Source: the human T2T-CHM13v2.0 reference genome, Homo sapiens
Length of the DNA stretch: 64,000 nucleotides
Reading direction: 5' to 3' (one strand)
Assembly (NCBI RefSeq): GCF_009914755.1
Contig: NC_060938.1
In this document: piece after piece, positions 28,220 through 46,527 of the stretch
Numbering within the stretch: position 1 is the first letter of the stretch
Layout of the letters: the number at the start of each line of letters is the position of its first letter
Notes under the pieces: model-generated
What the model was told of the DNA's origin: nothing
Databases searched by the model: none
The model's input: only the letters and a program-made list of their open reading frames with translations
Translations under genes and position numbers: made by a program

Positions 28220-28495
28220 AAGAACTCTACAATTCAATAATAAAAAAGCAAATAATCCAATTTAAGAAATGAGCAAAGGGTCTGAATAGACATTTCTTTA
28301 AGGGAGATACACAAATGGCCAATAAACACAGAAAAAGATGCTCAGCAGCATTAGCCATTAGGAAAATGGAAATCCAAACTTCAGTGAGATGCCACTTCAC
28401 ACTGACTAGGATGGCTAGAATTAAAAAGCTAAATAGTACGTGCTCACTAGGATGTGGAAAAATCAGACTCTCATACACTGCTGTTGGGAAACAAA
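28220..28495 (+). mobile_element. L1M ORF2 3' fragment
   Basis: ORF 28315..28569 MANKHRKRCSAALAIRKMEIQTSVRCHFTLTRMARIKK resembles the L1 ORF2 C-terminus. Confidence 0.85.
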
Positions 28496-29029
28496 CATTG
28501 AAAGATCCACTACGCTTTTGTGTGCAGTACATTAGGACACCAAGGCAAATTCCTGTAGACTTAGTTTGATTTCCAGGCAAGTTCATCTGATGCTAAAAAG
28601 GTTGAGATTTTAGATTTGATTTCCATTACTGGTTTCATAATCAGTTACCTTGTCTTCTACTATTTTACTCAGTGGTTTCACAAATTATTTCTGTAATGCC
28701 AAGGAAAATCAGGTGAAACAGTACATGGATTGCAACATCATCTTGACCTTAGTGGGGAGATGGAGAGAGAAAATTCAGATTATAGACCTTGCTGCTATGG
28801 GATTAGTCTTCAGTAAAATACTCATGTACCTAACTTTGTGTAACAATCTAAGGTAACCAGATAAATGTTATCATCGAAGTCAAAAATTTTACTTTACATT
28901 CTTCAATTTTTAAAACCTTATGAAATATTTGAAAAGGCAGTTAATGGAGTTCATAATTCTAATATTTAATGTCAACAGTTCAAATGCTTTAAGATGCCTT
29001 TCTGAGTGTAAGAATATGTGTTAATCATT

Positions 29030-29730
29030 ATAGATTAGTGAATGTTGAGTTTTCTTCCTGAGGATTCATTTATATCAGGATTTTATTCTGCTTAGCTTCA
29101 GGTAACACATTTCTGCAGGAATGTTATAGAAATGATGCTGTATTCTTTTCACTAGAATAGATTGGGAAGCATATGATGTTTGTCCTATTACTAATGCTGT
29201 TAATTTTGGTCCTGTGGTTAAGATTGTGTCTGACAGTTTTCACCACCGTAAAGTTACCATTTTTCCCTTGGTAATTCATCTATTTATAGGAGGTACCTTG
29301 AGAGACTATACATATTCTGTTACTCCAAAACTTTTACCCACTAGTTTTGGTATTCATTGATTATTATTAAGATGGCTGCCAAATGGTAATTTCTAATTCC
29401 ATCATTTCTTCTACAATTATTAGTGACTTTCTATGGAAAGGCCAATGATGTCCTTCTCACCTATTTATTTATATCACTGGATTCATGGTTTCTTATGAAT
29501 TAAGTGATTTACAAGCTGTTACTATAATTATTTTTGATGCTTAAATTATCCCAGATTTGCCCAGTGGGAGCCTCTTTAAGCTGGCTCCTGTGTCCTTCTG
29601 TCATGCCCCCATCATTCTTTGAGCACTTACTTACTTTCTGGCACAAGATGTTTCAGACTAATTTTGTGCTAGAGCTACCCTGGCTCTAGAATCAGCCATT
29701 TCTCCAAGGATGCTAATTTCGGTTTTAAAT
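29030..29730 (-). mobile_element. L1MC-type 3' fragment
   Basis: gatgcttaaattatcccagatttgcccagtgggagcc...gaatcagccatttctccaagga. Confidence 0.7.
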
Positions 29731-31472
29731 AGAGGAAGGAATATTGTATCTTATGCTGACTTTCCTGAATAATATTGATATATGAAACATAGAAGTTCCT
29801 TTATAAATGTTAGAAATACTTTAATTTGTTCTTTCATTCAGTAAGTTTCCTTTGTGTGTTTGGGGCTAGATACTTCCAATATAAATGAAATTTAACTCCA
29901 ATTCACATTTCAAAAACAATGTTAAAGTAATTGTTACAGACAATTAAATACTATAGATGTACAGAATGGGCTAAAAACCTAGGAATTGAAGAAACATTTG
30001 AGAAAGAAGTAGGATTTAAATAAATAGAAAGGAGCAGGGAGGACTTTAGATTCAGGGGTACAGAATGAGCAAAGGTATAGTGCTAGGCATAGGCATGTCT
30101 TATTAGGAAATTTTGATGAGCCTGACTAATTGGTGGAGAGAATAATGTTGATCATTAGTGAATGAGTGGGATCCAGTTTATTGGAAGCCTGGATTCTAGG
30201 CTGACTGATTTAGAACTTATCCCTCAAGCAGCGGAGAGTCCTTAAGTTTTTGGGCTGGGTAGTCATAAAGGATATGTTTTAGGAAACTTGATGTGATGTT
30301 ATATTGCAGAATAGACTGAAAAACAGAAGACAAATTAGGGAACTCTTAAAATAATTAAGTGTAAGGCAGTAAAAATACAAATAGGAATGAGTAGACAGGA
30401 AAGTAATTTGGAAGGAAGAAATAATAATGTGTTGAATCAGGATCGCTGGAAGAACGGGAAGCTGAAAGAAATGGGAAACTGCTGATTTTTTAAGAGAAAG
30501 AAAACAGAAATAAATTGCAAACAGAAAATCAAAGTAAAAACAGGTTTACTGATATTGAGATTTTTATTTAATCATTTAAAAATAATGATTGACTAAAGCC
30601 ATAGAACTACCCTGTAACTTTTTATACAAAAGGATACAGTTGAAAATCAATGGTTTGGAGCTATAGAATATGATAATTGTTGGACGCAGTAATGCTTGCT
30701 GAATTTTCTAACACTATTAGAAATAGGCATTTCATAATAGCTTTCATTTTCATAGTTTTAGATTAATAAGGAAATAGAAAGTTGTTTTGGTTTGATATGC
30801 ACTAGTAAATTCATCCACACTACCAGTCTCAAAACAAATCTCTGAACCGAGATCCAGATTCCTGATTGTTTTAAATGGTATGGGTTTTGTTGGCATTTGT
30901 GGGTGAGAAATTTGTTTCTGAGTGTAGCATCTGATTCTTCTGGTGTTATTGAAATTCACATTCCCATCTTCTTCTTTAGAAAAAAAATTAGTTTTAACTT
31001 CACCGTTGTCTAAAGAAAAAAAAACCCTTGCAAAGTAAGAAATGCACTGTATAAGATATTGAAATCATCAGATATTGTGATCAAGACATTCTTTGCCATA
31101 TGCTGAGAGATGAAAATAGAAGGTACCTAGGTCCAAACATTCTACCTGAAGTGAGAATGCATTTTTCTGAATAAATATTTTTTCATTTCATTAATTTTTA
31201 CAATCAAACATTTAGGTCTTAACTAGGCCATCCTTCTTCATGGATGGAGCAAGAAAATGACACAGGTTTGTTCTCTCTGTAGCTACTGTGTCTTCAGGTT
31301 TTCTGAACTGGCGTGAATCCTAGCAGTTAACATCTGAGGACTGAACCTCATTCTAGCCATAGGTTAGTTTATTTGTTCATTAATAGGTTAACATATGAAC
31401 TTCCTAATTAAAATCTGTTGAAGGAAATTATTATATGAGTTAATGTATTAACCATATAATGTGTTGGAGTAG

Positions 31473-31799
<327 letters not shown>

Positions 31800-32469
31800 T
31801 AGACAGATGTATTTCTTTTTAACTTTGGCTTAAATACCTTTTATCTATTCTGATTACAGTCGGGATAATCTAGCATGCTGAGAGAGAAAATGATCTCAGT
31901 CTTTTTTATTATGGATGGAACCAGGATAGCCCTTATAAAACATGGCGCTTTTCTTCCCTCAGAGTTCAAAAGTTTTTTGGAGAATTAGAGGATTATAAAA
32001 TCCCCTGTGTGTCCGGTGGGAAAGATAGGCTTGTTGCTTAATTCACCATCATTTGTTTGTGTATATTATCAGAAGGTGCCAAGCTCTACACTGGCCCCCT
32101 TAAATTAGGATGCATTGACTCACTCCTTAATTGCCAAAAAAGGTCAAATTTGTAATCTACTAACTAAAAGAAGAGTATCAAATGTAAACCATGAAGTAGT
32201 TCAGAAGAGATTACAATGAATTTTAAGACAAACACTATCATCAAAATCACTTGACATGTGAAAGAACCCTATCTTCTAAGAACTTAGAGTCTATACATTG
32301 GGAAATGCCAAATCATCTTAGTATAGGCAGCTTTGTGTTGTTAAAGAGTGTAGAAACAAAAGAACATCATGGTTTATATGTGGTTTCCTGTGATGCTATT
32401 AGAGGGGGTTTTTGGCTTAAAAAATATCTGATTATGTTAAAAAAATTATTCAATACACTTTTTAAAGAG

Positions 32470-32886
32470 TGAGAAGGCACACTGTTCAGGTTCAGGTATA
32501 GGGACAACTGCAATGGGGTTTTGTAGTAGGGGAAAGAAATCAGGCTCAACTCCAAATACAAGGAAAAGTGGGAATTTATAGCCAAGGAGCAGTGTGGGAG
32601 TCAGTGTATGGAAAATTACTGAGAGGAAGCATCAGCGGTAAAGGGAGATTTGACTGAATTCTTGCTGAAAGCAAGCCAGGGTGATCAGACATCACCTAGG
32701 GAATGGTAGTGGATGAAGAACTTGATCAGATATTGAGAATTAGTGTTCTGGCTAAACTGACTTGACAGGATTGATGCTAAAACTGGACAATGCAGAGATG
32801 AACATGGAAACTCAAAAGTCAGGACCTAATTGGGAAGAGTTCAGAGGAGCCTGACTTGAGTTTGGTCAACGAGAGAATCTTTGCCA
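32470..32886. mobile_element. ERV1 solo LTR (MER31-like)
   Basis: ggctcaactccaaatac...gggaatttatagccaaggagcag...tttggtcaacgagagaatctttgcca. Confidence 0.7.
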
Positions 32887-33307
32887 GTTATGAAACTAAC
32901 ACATGTTGGAAAAACTCAAAACCAACACCCAGAGATAACCAGATTTCTAAATAAAAGAGGCTATATTTCATTTGTTTAATAGGAGAAAAAACAATTGCTG
33001 AATTTCAATTATAGATTTTACTTGAATAAGCATTACACAATACCCTATTACTATTACAACTTATCTATTTATCATACAGGATTTTCTAAAAGTTGGTTTG
33101 AAAACAGTTATTTAAGATCAAATTGCAATTATTTGATGAACTTGGAAAATATTAACAAAAATAATAGTAACAAATATGAATGATTATTAAAATAACTGCT
33201 TGCATCTTAGAGGTTGATTTTAACCTAACATGATACGAATGCTTGGTTTTAATATAAAAATGGCTTTTTATTATGTTCTTAGAGTTTTAGGTGAATTTTT
33301 TACTTAA

Positions 33308-33454
<147 letters not shown>

Positions 33455-34371
33455 TGAATTTTGTAAAAAAAAGTACAATATTTTACTTAGGTCTAATATA
33501 ACATTTTTGTCATGAGAAAATTTCAGGCTTTAATTTTTCTTGGGTTTCATGTAAAGCATAAATAACCCTAGGGCCTAACAATATTGACTGAAAAAAATAG
33601 GATTTACAAAAATTATGCAGTATTGATTGCAGTGGCATCTGGCCTGTTCCATAATTTTATGACTGATTCTGAATAGCATCTTGATGAAAGTAGGCTGAAA
33701 GGACTTAAAGCAACAATATCAAATTTTCTTAATTATCGTTTTATACATTCTAAAACACAGAGTGGTGTGCCATCATACTTCATTTATTTAACTGTGTGCC
33801 GAGTCCTTGCCCTGTGCCATATGCTTACTCCAGGTGCTGAAGAGTCAGCTCTCAACAAAACAGACATCGCTTCTATTGTGAACTAAATAATAAAATCTCT
33901 GGTAACAGTATTGTTTTCTCAAAACGGATTCCCTAGAATTAAAAATGATTTATTGTTATTTCTTCTTTCTCTGAAAGAAAAAAATGATTGTTAATTAAAA
34001 TGGCAATATAAAGCAACAGGAAAATTACTTCATTAGGCAATGCGAGATTTAGGTACCCAGAGGTTAAAATAGTCTATATACAAAGCCAGCACTAGAGTCG
34101 TTTTACCTTATTGTTTGTTTGTGTACAAACTCAGCTTTACTTATCCTTTTATTATTTGTTCATTATACCCAGCTATAATCAGAATTATAATAGAAAACAT
34201 ATAAAACAAAATTATTATCTAGAAATAGGGAAATAATTATACCAAAGCTTTAGATAACTATATTTACTGTACTTGAACACATTTTGCTTCTTAGCTTCTT
34301 AACAGTAAAGCAAAAAGGGTAACACGGAGGTTATAAAATTTTTACAATGTGACTAAAAAGTAAGTAAAAAG

Positions 34372-34752
<381 letters not shown>

Positions 34753-35309
34753 TCACGTAAGTCCTTATGTAAATCTTATTAAACAGCATAACAGGCAGTG
34801 TCTTTAACAGTGGTTTTATAGTGTATATAGCAAGTTCTTTATATGGCCTTTTATTATATAAACCTTGATTAAAAATGGAGATACGAAATATAACTCAGTG
34901 AAGCTTTTCTATGGAATACGAGAAAGAGGCCCAGATATTTCTCTTGTGAATCAGTGGGGGTGGATGGATACATCTCCCTCTCGTATTGGTCATCTTAGCC
35001 AGACTTCCGACCTGAACAGACATCAGAGGGGTGCATTCTTAGCACATATTTCATGTTAATTGATTGAAAGGAGAGGCATATACTTTCTGTAAAACATGGA
35101 GGATTCAGAGTTGATAATTTCAGAGCCTGGACTAAGGGCCTGTTTTCCCTGTACTGAGGTAAGCTACCAGAGAGTGATGAAATTGTGAAAACTGTGACTC
35201 TTTATTTCCCATTAGTTAAAAAGCAGAGGCTAGAAAATAAGGCCTACCAATGAAGTAACAGGGTAGTTGGATCTCACTGGGAGATGACTGGAGACAGAGC
35301 AGAAAGTCC

Positions 35310-35630
35310 TGAGTCAGTTGGTTTCAACCCTGGCTGCTTACTTATCTGAGAAGCTTTTAAAAAGTCCGTGTTTGTTTGTGTGTATATATACACAGATGTA
35401 CATGTGTATATAGTAATGTAGGTACATATGTATATATCTGTATGTACATATATACATAGGGACGTGTGTGTGTGTATATATATATGTATTTATTTATGCT
35501 ACAAATTGATTCTACCCCAAAATAATTCTGATATAAGTGATCTGGGGTGAGGCCCAGACATCAGTATTTTTAAGAAGCTCCCCAGGTGATTTTAATGTGC
35601 AGTTAGGATTAGGAGCCACTTATTCCCCAA
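35310..35630. mobile_element. MER5-type hAT-Charlie element interrupted by a (TA/TG)-rich simple repeat
   Basis: ggtttcaaccctggctgc...gatctggggtgaggccca...aagctccccaggtgattttaatgtgcag. Confidence 0.65.
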
Positions 35631-36825
35631 CTCTGCAATAGCTCTCATGCAATTGTCTCCCTGTTTATTTCTCACACAAAAGGAAAATTCTGCAGCAACT
35701 CATCTTACCATTCTAAATTCAACTTTATAATATGCAGAAACTGTGCAAAAATAAGCATTTACTTTTTTAAAAACTAATTTTAAGAATAGCAAAGGCATGT
35801 TGTTAGATTAGTTATTTCTTATGCTCCTTTCATGCCATCATTTTTTATGCATCTCATTACTGCTATAGAAATCTCAAATGAAATCAGTACTGTAATAAAA
35901 CACTTCATTTTCAATTAAGAATGTTTATTTGAAAATGCTAACATAAATCAACTGCTTGTTCTACTTCTAGTGAATGTGAACCTTGATTCTTATATTCATT
36001 CTCACATATGAATTTCTCTTTTTTGTAAAGGAAAAATTGGCAATTTCCAAATACGATATTTGTGAGAGACTACCTTTCCCAGTTACTAAAGTAAGCAGTA
36101 TTTGAATCTTGGTTCAGATACACAGGAATTGATTGAATATATCAGAATTCATATTATTTTGGATTTAATATTTATAAAACTTTGTCGATATTGTCCTTTA
36201 AGAAAAGTATTTTACCAATGAGAAATATATTTTCCCAAATAAGGTGTATGAAGCAGCATTGTTATAACAACTAATTTTCTTTAATATTCTATCCTATATG
36301 TAAATTGAGGAGAAAAAAAGCATTTGGATGAGCTTGGAGTTTATATAAAAGCTAGTTTCATTTATGCCAAACATTTCTGTGAAATGTTCAAAACGCTTGT
36401 AGAAATAATTGTCAACATATAATCATAGTAATATATATAGTTGAAGTCTACTCCTAATGATGACAAAGTGAATTGGTCTTAGAATTGTATTTTGGGCATA
36501 TTCAAAATCAGCCAAACAACACATAATCACTTCCAGGCAGGTTATCTTAGCTGTGCAATGCTGCTTGTCATGACATGGTTTTAAATGTAAGTGATGCAAT
36601 AAACATGATACTCATGAGCCTTTGCTAATATTATTTGCTTCACTCAGCTTTCACCTGCCATGCAAAGGAGTTCAGGCTGATGCAATTTTCTAGTAATCCG
36701 TAGTAATCAGAAGGTTTAACATAGTATTCTGTGGTGACTTAATATAAATTGGGAGATCAGCTCTGAGTAAACATATTTGATGTTTTCCTTGATATGTTCT
36801 TGAAGTTCCGAGATGAATCTACTAA

Positions 36826-37068
<243 letters not shown>

Positions 37069-37894
37069 TAAGGAAACAAGTGGCAAAACTTCAGTGCTCT
37101 GCCTGGGCCTTGATTAAAAAAACAATATTTGTCAATGACAGTAGATCAAATGTTTGTTTTGGTTATTTATGTAACAAACTTGCCCCTTGGAATATGGCCT
37201 TTGATATATGTAAGAGAAAAGTCAGAATCACTTAATTTAACATCATGTAGTTGTATATCCTGAATATACTTTTTAGGATAGCAGTCATTAAAGTCTTCCA
37301 CCTACAGTCGAAACATTTCAGTCTTGTTAGCAGTGAGTCACTATGGGTACTTGATCTGTGAATAAAACTATTTGGAAAAGATCGAAGGAAAAAAAATCCT
37401 CAATTTAAAAAATTTTCCTTGACCAAACCACTTCTTATTATTATTTATTTATTTTTTACATATTTCATGAACAGTTTTTATGTTAATGTCTAGTTTTTGA
37501 AACTCAAGACATATCTGTAAATGCCTCATGAGTTCACTAAATGGAAACAGTGTGCTCCAAAGAAGTTCAAAAGGCCTTGCTTTTCCTAAGACATATTAGG
37601 GGAACACATTAAATATAGTCACAGTAAAGATTATCTGAAAAATGAAAGGATGAGCAGAAGATTTTTTATTTTCATATAGACAGTTATATCAGGTTTTTCT
37701 TTCTTGGTTTGTACTTTTGTGTCCTACTTAAGAAGGCAAGTCTCAGAAGAGTATGTAGTATATAATACCACTTATACAAAACTCTAAACCATGAGAAACT
37801 AAACAATCTATTGTTCAAGGGTACATACAAAAGTAGTAGAACTATATATTTATAAAAAATAGGGAAATAATTAACACCAAATTCAAGGTAGTAG

Positions 37895-38300
<406 letters not shown>

Positions 38301-38684
38301 AGTGAGGTTTTGTTTCTTAAATGAATGTTGGATCTGTAGATTTTTAAAAAGCTCTTTGACCCTTAAAGATGTATTATATATGTTTTTTATATGTAGGAGA
38401 TGTTTCATAATAAAAAAGTATTAATTATTTTGACTTAGAGAGTTTGATACTTTACATTTATATTCTGCTTTAATTATTTTGGTTATTCCAGAAAAATATT
38501 GTCTGAAGACCATTCTAGATTTCAAATTTATATAATTCATACATAATTGTGAAATTTTAGATGAACAAGTTATAATGAATTTTAATCAAAGTGCTCATAA
38601 AGAGCTTAAGGAAAGTCTATAATGGAAGTATAAAAAGGTTATTAATTTATTAACATGTAAATCATTTTTGCTGGAATAGTTTAA

Positions 38685-39024
<340 letters not shown>

Positions 39025-39169
39025 TGCCAATTATTACTTCTAAAATTCTTCCTAAAGGGTGGCCAAATTAGTTTTCACTGACTTCTGTTTAAAAATTCAA
39101 TAAGACTCTGAACTAAAGACTTTGAGTGAAGAGAAATGATACATTGTACATTTAAAACCTGTGTCTTTT

Positions 39170-39900
39170 AGACATACAGCCAAAAAGCATATGAAAAAGT
39201 GCTCAGTATCACTAATCATTAGAGAAATGAAAATTGGAACCACAATGAAATACCATCTCACACAAGTCAGAATGGCTATTATATGAAAAAGTCAAAAAAC
39301 ATGCTGGTGAGGTTTTGGAGAAAAGAGAATGCTTATACACTGCTGGTGGGAGTGTAAATTAGTTCAGCCATTGTGGAAAGCAATGTGGCGATTTCTGAAA
39401 GAACTTGAAACAGAATTACCATTCAACCCAGCAATCCCATTATTGGCTGTATACCCAAAGGGATATAAATTGTTCTGCTCTAAAGATACATACACACGTA
39501 TGTTCATCACAACACTATTCACAATAGAAAAGACATAGAATCAACCTAAATGCCCATCAATGGTAGACTGGATTTTTTTTAATGTGATACATATACACCA
39601 TGGAATACTACACAGCCATAAAAAAGAATGAGTTAATGTCCTAAGCGAACTAATGCAGGAGCAGAAAACCAAATACCACATGTTCTCATTTATAAGTGGG
39701 AGCTAAACATTGAGTACACATGGACACATATGTACTTAAGGGCAGAGGGTAGGAGGAGGGAATGGATTAAAAAAACTACCTATTGGGTACTATGCTTATT
39801 ACCTGGGTGATGAAATAGTCTGTACACCAAACTCCCTTGACACGCAGTTTACCTGTGTAACAAACCTGTAGAGGTACCCCGAAACCTAAAATTAAAAAAT
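39170..39900 (+). mobile_element. L1PA (older primate) 3' end
   Basis: ORF 39329..39538 IHCWWECKLVQPLWKAMWRFLKELETELPFNPAIPLL is L1 ORF2 C-terminus, followed by the L1 3' UTR. Confidence 0.92.
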
Positions 39901-40003
39901 TGTTTTAAGAAAACCCGAATCTTTTAAGATTATTAAAATACAATAGCCTAATAAAGCGTCAGTTTAATGCTTGTGCAGATAAACTTTTGTCTTTTGTGTT
40001 TAG

Positions 40004-40044
40004 GCCAAATCTGAAATAGGATCCAGTATGTCTGAAATACTGCT
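40004..40044 (+). CDS. TMEM260: TMEM260 exon 7 (41 nt, c.817-857): AKSEIGSSMSEIL(L)
   Basis: Acceptor cttttgtgtttag, donor GCT|gtgagt; phase 0-2 bridges exons 6 and 8. Confidence 0.93.
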
Positions 40045-40192
40045 GTGAGTATGAAATATTTGAAACTACTTTAAAATGAATTCTCTATTAGTTCCTTTAA
40101 GTGATTTTAGGGATTTCTGAGTTCATCTCTTTGTAACAAAGTATGTCTGAGAAGTAGTTGTTACCTCTACAGTTAACAGTTGTTTGTGTTTA

Positions 40193-40532
40193 CAGTTGTC
40201 CCTCAGTATCCATGGGGTATTGGTTACAGGAACTCCTAAGGATATAAAAATCCATGGGTGCTCAAGTCCTGATATAAAATGGCATAATATTTGTATATAA
40301 CCTATTTACATCCTCTTGTATACTTTTAATCATCTCTAGATAATTTATACCTAGTATAATGTAAATGCTATGTAAATAGTTGTTATGCTGTATTGTCTAG
40401 GGAATTATGACAAGAAAAAACATCTGTATATGTTTGTACAGACAGTTTTTTCCCCAACTTTTTTTTTTTTTTTTTGATTTAAGGTTAATTGAATCCATGG
40501 AGGCAGAACCCATGGATACAGAGGGCCGACTG
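40193..40532. mobile_element. MER2 TcMar-Tigger element
   Basis: TA-flanked TIRs cagttgtccctcagtatccatggg ... cccatggatacagagggccgactg. Confidence 0.88.
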
Positions 40533-41523
40533 TACTGTCAAATATTTTTAGCACCTCCTTCACTAAGATAGAGCTTAAAATGAGCAATAAACACAACGGT
40601 GAATATTAGAATACTATATAGAGCATTTATAGAACTAAAATGTTTCAACCTTCAATTGAACAACTATTTTCTTGTTATTTTGGATTTTAGTATTTCAGAG
40701 TTTAATTTATGTAATGTCTCCTATGACTTCTTTAGGCTATCCTTGCCGTAAGCTCTATCTTTGGCTTACATATTTTTAACATCCAACCTTATTAGAGCTG
40801 GCTTAAGCAAATATATTTTCATGTATATTATTTAATAGTGTTCTTTGAAAACTGGGTTAATATTTGCTTTAAAACCTACAGATTAAGACAAGTGGAAAGA
40901 TATCCATACCAACTTGATACAAAATTTTGGAAGAAAATAGGTTTCTACAACACTAAAGTGATGTCCTAACTAATTACTAATTTGGAACTCTTGGGGCTGT
41001 TTGAAAAAAAACTATGAGGAGAATATTTCAACTTTATATGTGAGGCAGTTTATGAGTTCTCACAGTTTCGGTGTAATTTACTTAATAGCTTGCTTTCTTC
41101 CAGCCATCCTTCCTTGCTTTCTTTTTAAACAACTTCTTTTTTCTACTTCAAAAAAGGTACATAAGCTTTATAGAAAACTTAGAAAATACAGGTAAGCAAA
41201 AATAAGAAAATTAAAACTACCTATAAATCCAACATGCAGAGATAACCACTGTTATTAATCTGTTAATGACTATATTTTTCTAATATTTTTAAGATTTTTA
41301 TTTCTTTTTAAAAGTAGGATCATAGTAAACATACTGTTTTATTAGCCTGCTGTTTTTCACTTTACATTATATCTTGGAAATACCTCCTTGCCATCAGTTA
41401 CTTTCACGTAACCTTTTGATGGTTCTCACCATTGATTGTAAATATTTCTTTTTATGTGTGAGACTTTTGTGGCTTTCTCATTTTCGCTGGGGGAATGTAA
41501 CAAGAAGCTCAGTTTTCTTTTCA

Positions 41524-42150
<627 letters not shown>

Positions 42151-43688
42151 AGATAAAGACAGTCAAATGTCATATCAATGTCTCTGAGCTTTCATTTTAT
42201 TCTGCTTTGCTCCATGCAGAAGGACTCACTGCCTGCTCTTTTCTATCTACCTTCCAGAGATTGTTACAGCATTAAGGATAACTGGTATATTTTGTCTTAG
42301 CAAACCCTACATGAACTCCAAAGAACTCTTGAGAGTAATCCTAGACCATATGTCTAACTTTTATTAGTTGCACATAAAAGTCATCTATTGGGACCCTTAA
42401 AGGCCTCCTTTACATTAAAATAATAGCAGGCTGTATACCCAGAAAAAAGACTTGACAAAAGTGATGACCACTCACACCCACACTTCTGTGTTCTGTGTGG
42501 ACCAAGTCATCATGTAGAATGAAGGCATAATCTTAGCACTCCCTGAATGAGAATGTCTAGTCTTTAATAGTTTCAGGTGGGCAGGAACATTGAAAAAGGC
42601 AACTCATAATTAACTTATGAGAAAATCCTTCAAAATGATAGAAGCTAATCATCTACCCTTTTCCAGTCAAGCAAATTAAATTTTTTCCCCATGCATATCT
42701 CTAAATTGCAATCCTGTACAAGGAAATTATTGAATCTAACCTTAGGCAGTGACCATCTTTTAGCGCTTACACTTAAGCAATAGATCTCCAAGAATAATTT
42801 TGAGACTGACTTCATTCCTTTTGAAGAATGGTTTGAAATGGGCCTCATGCTGGAATCAATTTTTTCAAGTGTATTTGAAAATGAGTAAGGATATCTTCTC
42901 ATAGTAGATGAGTCTTCATTAGTAAAATACACATTGTATGGTTTCTATAATTATGGTATCACATTTTCTCCAGTAAAATTGCCGGTAGGGAGAAGAAAGT
43001 TCTTTGAGATGATGTATAGAGTCATTTCTTTTTTAACAATTGGAGACAGCTAGAGCAGAAGCTATTTTAGAACTCAAATTTTAACACCTGAAAATGCATA
43101 TGAGTTAATGGAAGAATTTAGTTTATTTGTAGGAAAAAAACATAATACATTTCTCTGAGATTGCTTAAATGTTTTTTGAACCAAAACAAATAATATAGAA
43201 AACAAGGAAACCAATTAAGGAAAAAAATAACCCACAAAAGAATGGCTGGGAATTATCTCTCATGGCCTTTATTTTCTTCATATTAGATCTCCAGAAATCT
43301 ATTTGAATTAATTTTGTTATCATTTGCTAAATCACTGGAGGCCATGTCTACACTGCCAAGAGAAAAAAGTTCAAAAACTCATTTCAAACAGCTTCCTACC
43401 AAACCAGTCGGGGATATTCTATACAGTATACCAATATAAAAAATACAGAAGAATTATTTGTTCTGATCCTATTCCAAATTATATAAGTTGATAACCAAAT
43501 GTTACCATTGGAAAACGTCTTGGAACTATTTAAGTCTTTCTATTGCACTTTTTCTTCCAACTTTAAAAGACAAAATTTTAAAATCTGACCCCAGCCCTTG
43601 TGATTGTTCAGTATATAATCAATGGTATCTTACAAGGACTATTTTATTTGGAATCAATCAAATTTGTTTCCTGCCAACAATAAGTTAG

Positions 43689-43787
<99 letters not shown>

Positions 43788-44834
43788 TAAGTAATACAAT
43801 TCCTTTTTCTGTTATTTTTCTATGTTCATGAATTGAATTAATGTTTTCAGTATGTCGCTGTAGGACATTGCCAGTATTATTTTATACTCCAAATAAATGA
43901 CTCTCCTAGCTGTCTATTAAGATAAACGTGTATTGCTTTCTTCTATTCTGATTCTAAATAAATCAATGATTTCAAGAAATTGAGCATTATATTACATCTA
44001 AGTAGACAGTCATTTGATGTCCTAAACTTCAGGTTTGATCCCTTAACTCTGCTATAACCGATTATTATTGCTGATTTTAAAAAGAAGCAATAATTTAAAT
44101 TCCTCTGATGATAAAAGTGATCCGATGACAAAAGAAACCCTGAAAAATGTAGCACTGTAAATCTCCATTAATTTATTCATTTATGATCTAGTCTGTTGAA
44201 TGCATTTGTATGTAAATGTATATTTGTACATTTATCTATAGTTTTGTTTACTTGACACAAACATTGTGAACATTTTCTCATACTATAAAAATACTTAAAA
44301 TCATTTAAATGTCTATATAATAGAACATTCTATGACCACAGGAGAATTAATTTAACTGTTCTTCTATTGAGAGGTCTTTAGATTGCTTCCACTTTTTCCA
44401 CTATTATAAGTAATAACAAAGCATTTTTATGGATTAATCTTTATTTACATTTCTGGTTATTGCTTAAAGATTTATGCCTGCATGATAAATAACTGAGTCA
44501 ATGATTATTAATATTTTTAAGGCTTCCGATATAGATATTATCAAATTAAATTTTCTGAAGGATTATACTAACATATATTGTCATACCACTGCACACCAAC
44601 ATTGAGAGTTATCGTTCTTAAATCTTTATTATTTCAAGCATGAAAATGTTTCTATTTTGCCTGTATTTGATCACTTCTGAAATTTAACAAAATCAGTAGT
44701 TTGCATTTCTTCTGTGAATGTTAGCTTTATATCCTTTACTGCGTAGTCCCAAGTTGTAGTTCAAATTTATTATTATATTTTGGTTATTTGTTTCAACTCA
44801 GATTTTAAAAACCGAAATCTCTCTTTGCTCCTAG

Positions 44835-45068
<234 letters not shown>

Positions 45069-46320
45069 TAGATATATCCTTTGACCAGAAAGTTTGTGAA
45101 GAATGTGCAAATTTGCATTTCATAAATCTTGTAGAAGGGCAAATTACTTGAGGAATAGTTAAAATTTTATATACATTTTTATAAATCAAAGTTGAATTAT
45201 TGAGTCAATACAGCTAAGGCCTCTTTTTAGGATAAAAAGAATGCAGTGTTTAATTAACACAGTTGTTAAATAGAAAAGTAAATGTAAAGTAGATTTAAGT
45301 CATTGTATGTGTGTGTGCTTGCAAATATAGGTACAACTGCATTTCTCCTGGAATTTTTTTAACAGCAAAAGAAATATGAATTGTAATTGAGGGCACTTAA
45401 CAACATATTTCCTTATTTCTTACCTCCCCAGTCCCAGGCCTAGGCAAAAGAGCAACCGTATTTCTGTTTTCTTTGGCAGCAGTCTCTGAGATTAGAGTAT
45501 TTCTTCTACTTACAATAGATTCTCTGTAAATGTCAATAGCACTTTTTTGACAGCTGAAACAAAGTCTGCGTATGTGTGTGTTCAGGAAGCCTAATAAATA
45601 ATACCCTACTTGATCACCTGAGTTCTGAATCAATTGAGAAACAAGGTAATACAGTACAACGGGTGGGAGAATCACTTTTATTACTGATAATACTGAGATT
45701 GGAAAATGCAGCTTATATCTGTAGCCAAGGGGGCTTCCTCTTCCAGCATCCCAGAATAGACAGATTTACCCACTAGTCATAGGCAGTGCTGTGCAGGTCA
45801 GGCCTCTTCCCTGTCTCCCCCACCCCACTGGTGCCACAGAGATAGACTCTAGCCCTGGACAAGTGCTTCCTGTGGGTAGCTCACTTCCAGGAGAAAGTGA
45901 GATGAAAAGGGAGGGCGCTGCAGGCCCAGTCCCAGCTCCCAAACTCCCCAGTCAGATCAGTCCCTACATCCTATAGGAGGAAATACGTGAGGGGTCAGAG
46001 ACAGGCCAGGACAGTGGAGCTTCTCCATGTGGAAGGAAACATCAGGAGTAAAGCAAAAGCATTTCTCTAACTCCTTCAGCCTGTATATTACTGGAGTTCA
46101 AGACTAAGGCCACAGTATTGAAATGAATGTGTGGATCTGAAAAGGGAGATGCACCTGTCAAACTGGGAAGGAAGAATGTTTGAAAATAGAAAAATAAAAT
46201 GACCTGGGCTTGGATTGGGGAAATCAGTTAACAAAACCTGAATGACAACAGGCACACACAACTAGGTGCATGCAGCATATTTAAAAAATATATGAGGAGC
46301 TGATTGATAGCATTAAATAG

Positions 46321-46527
<207 letters not shown>
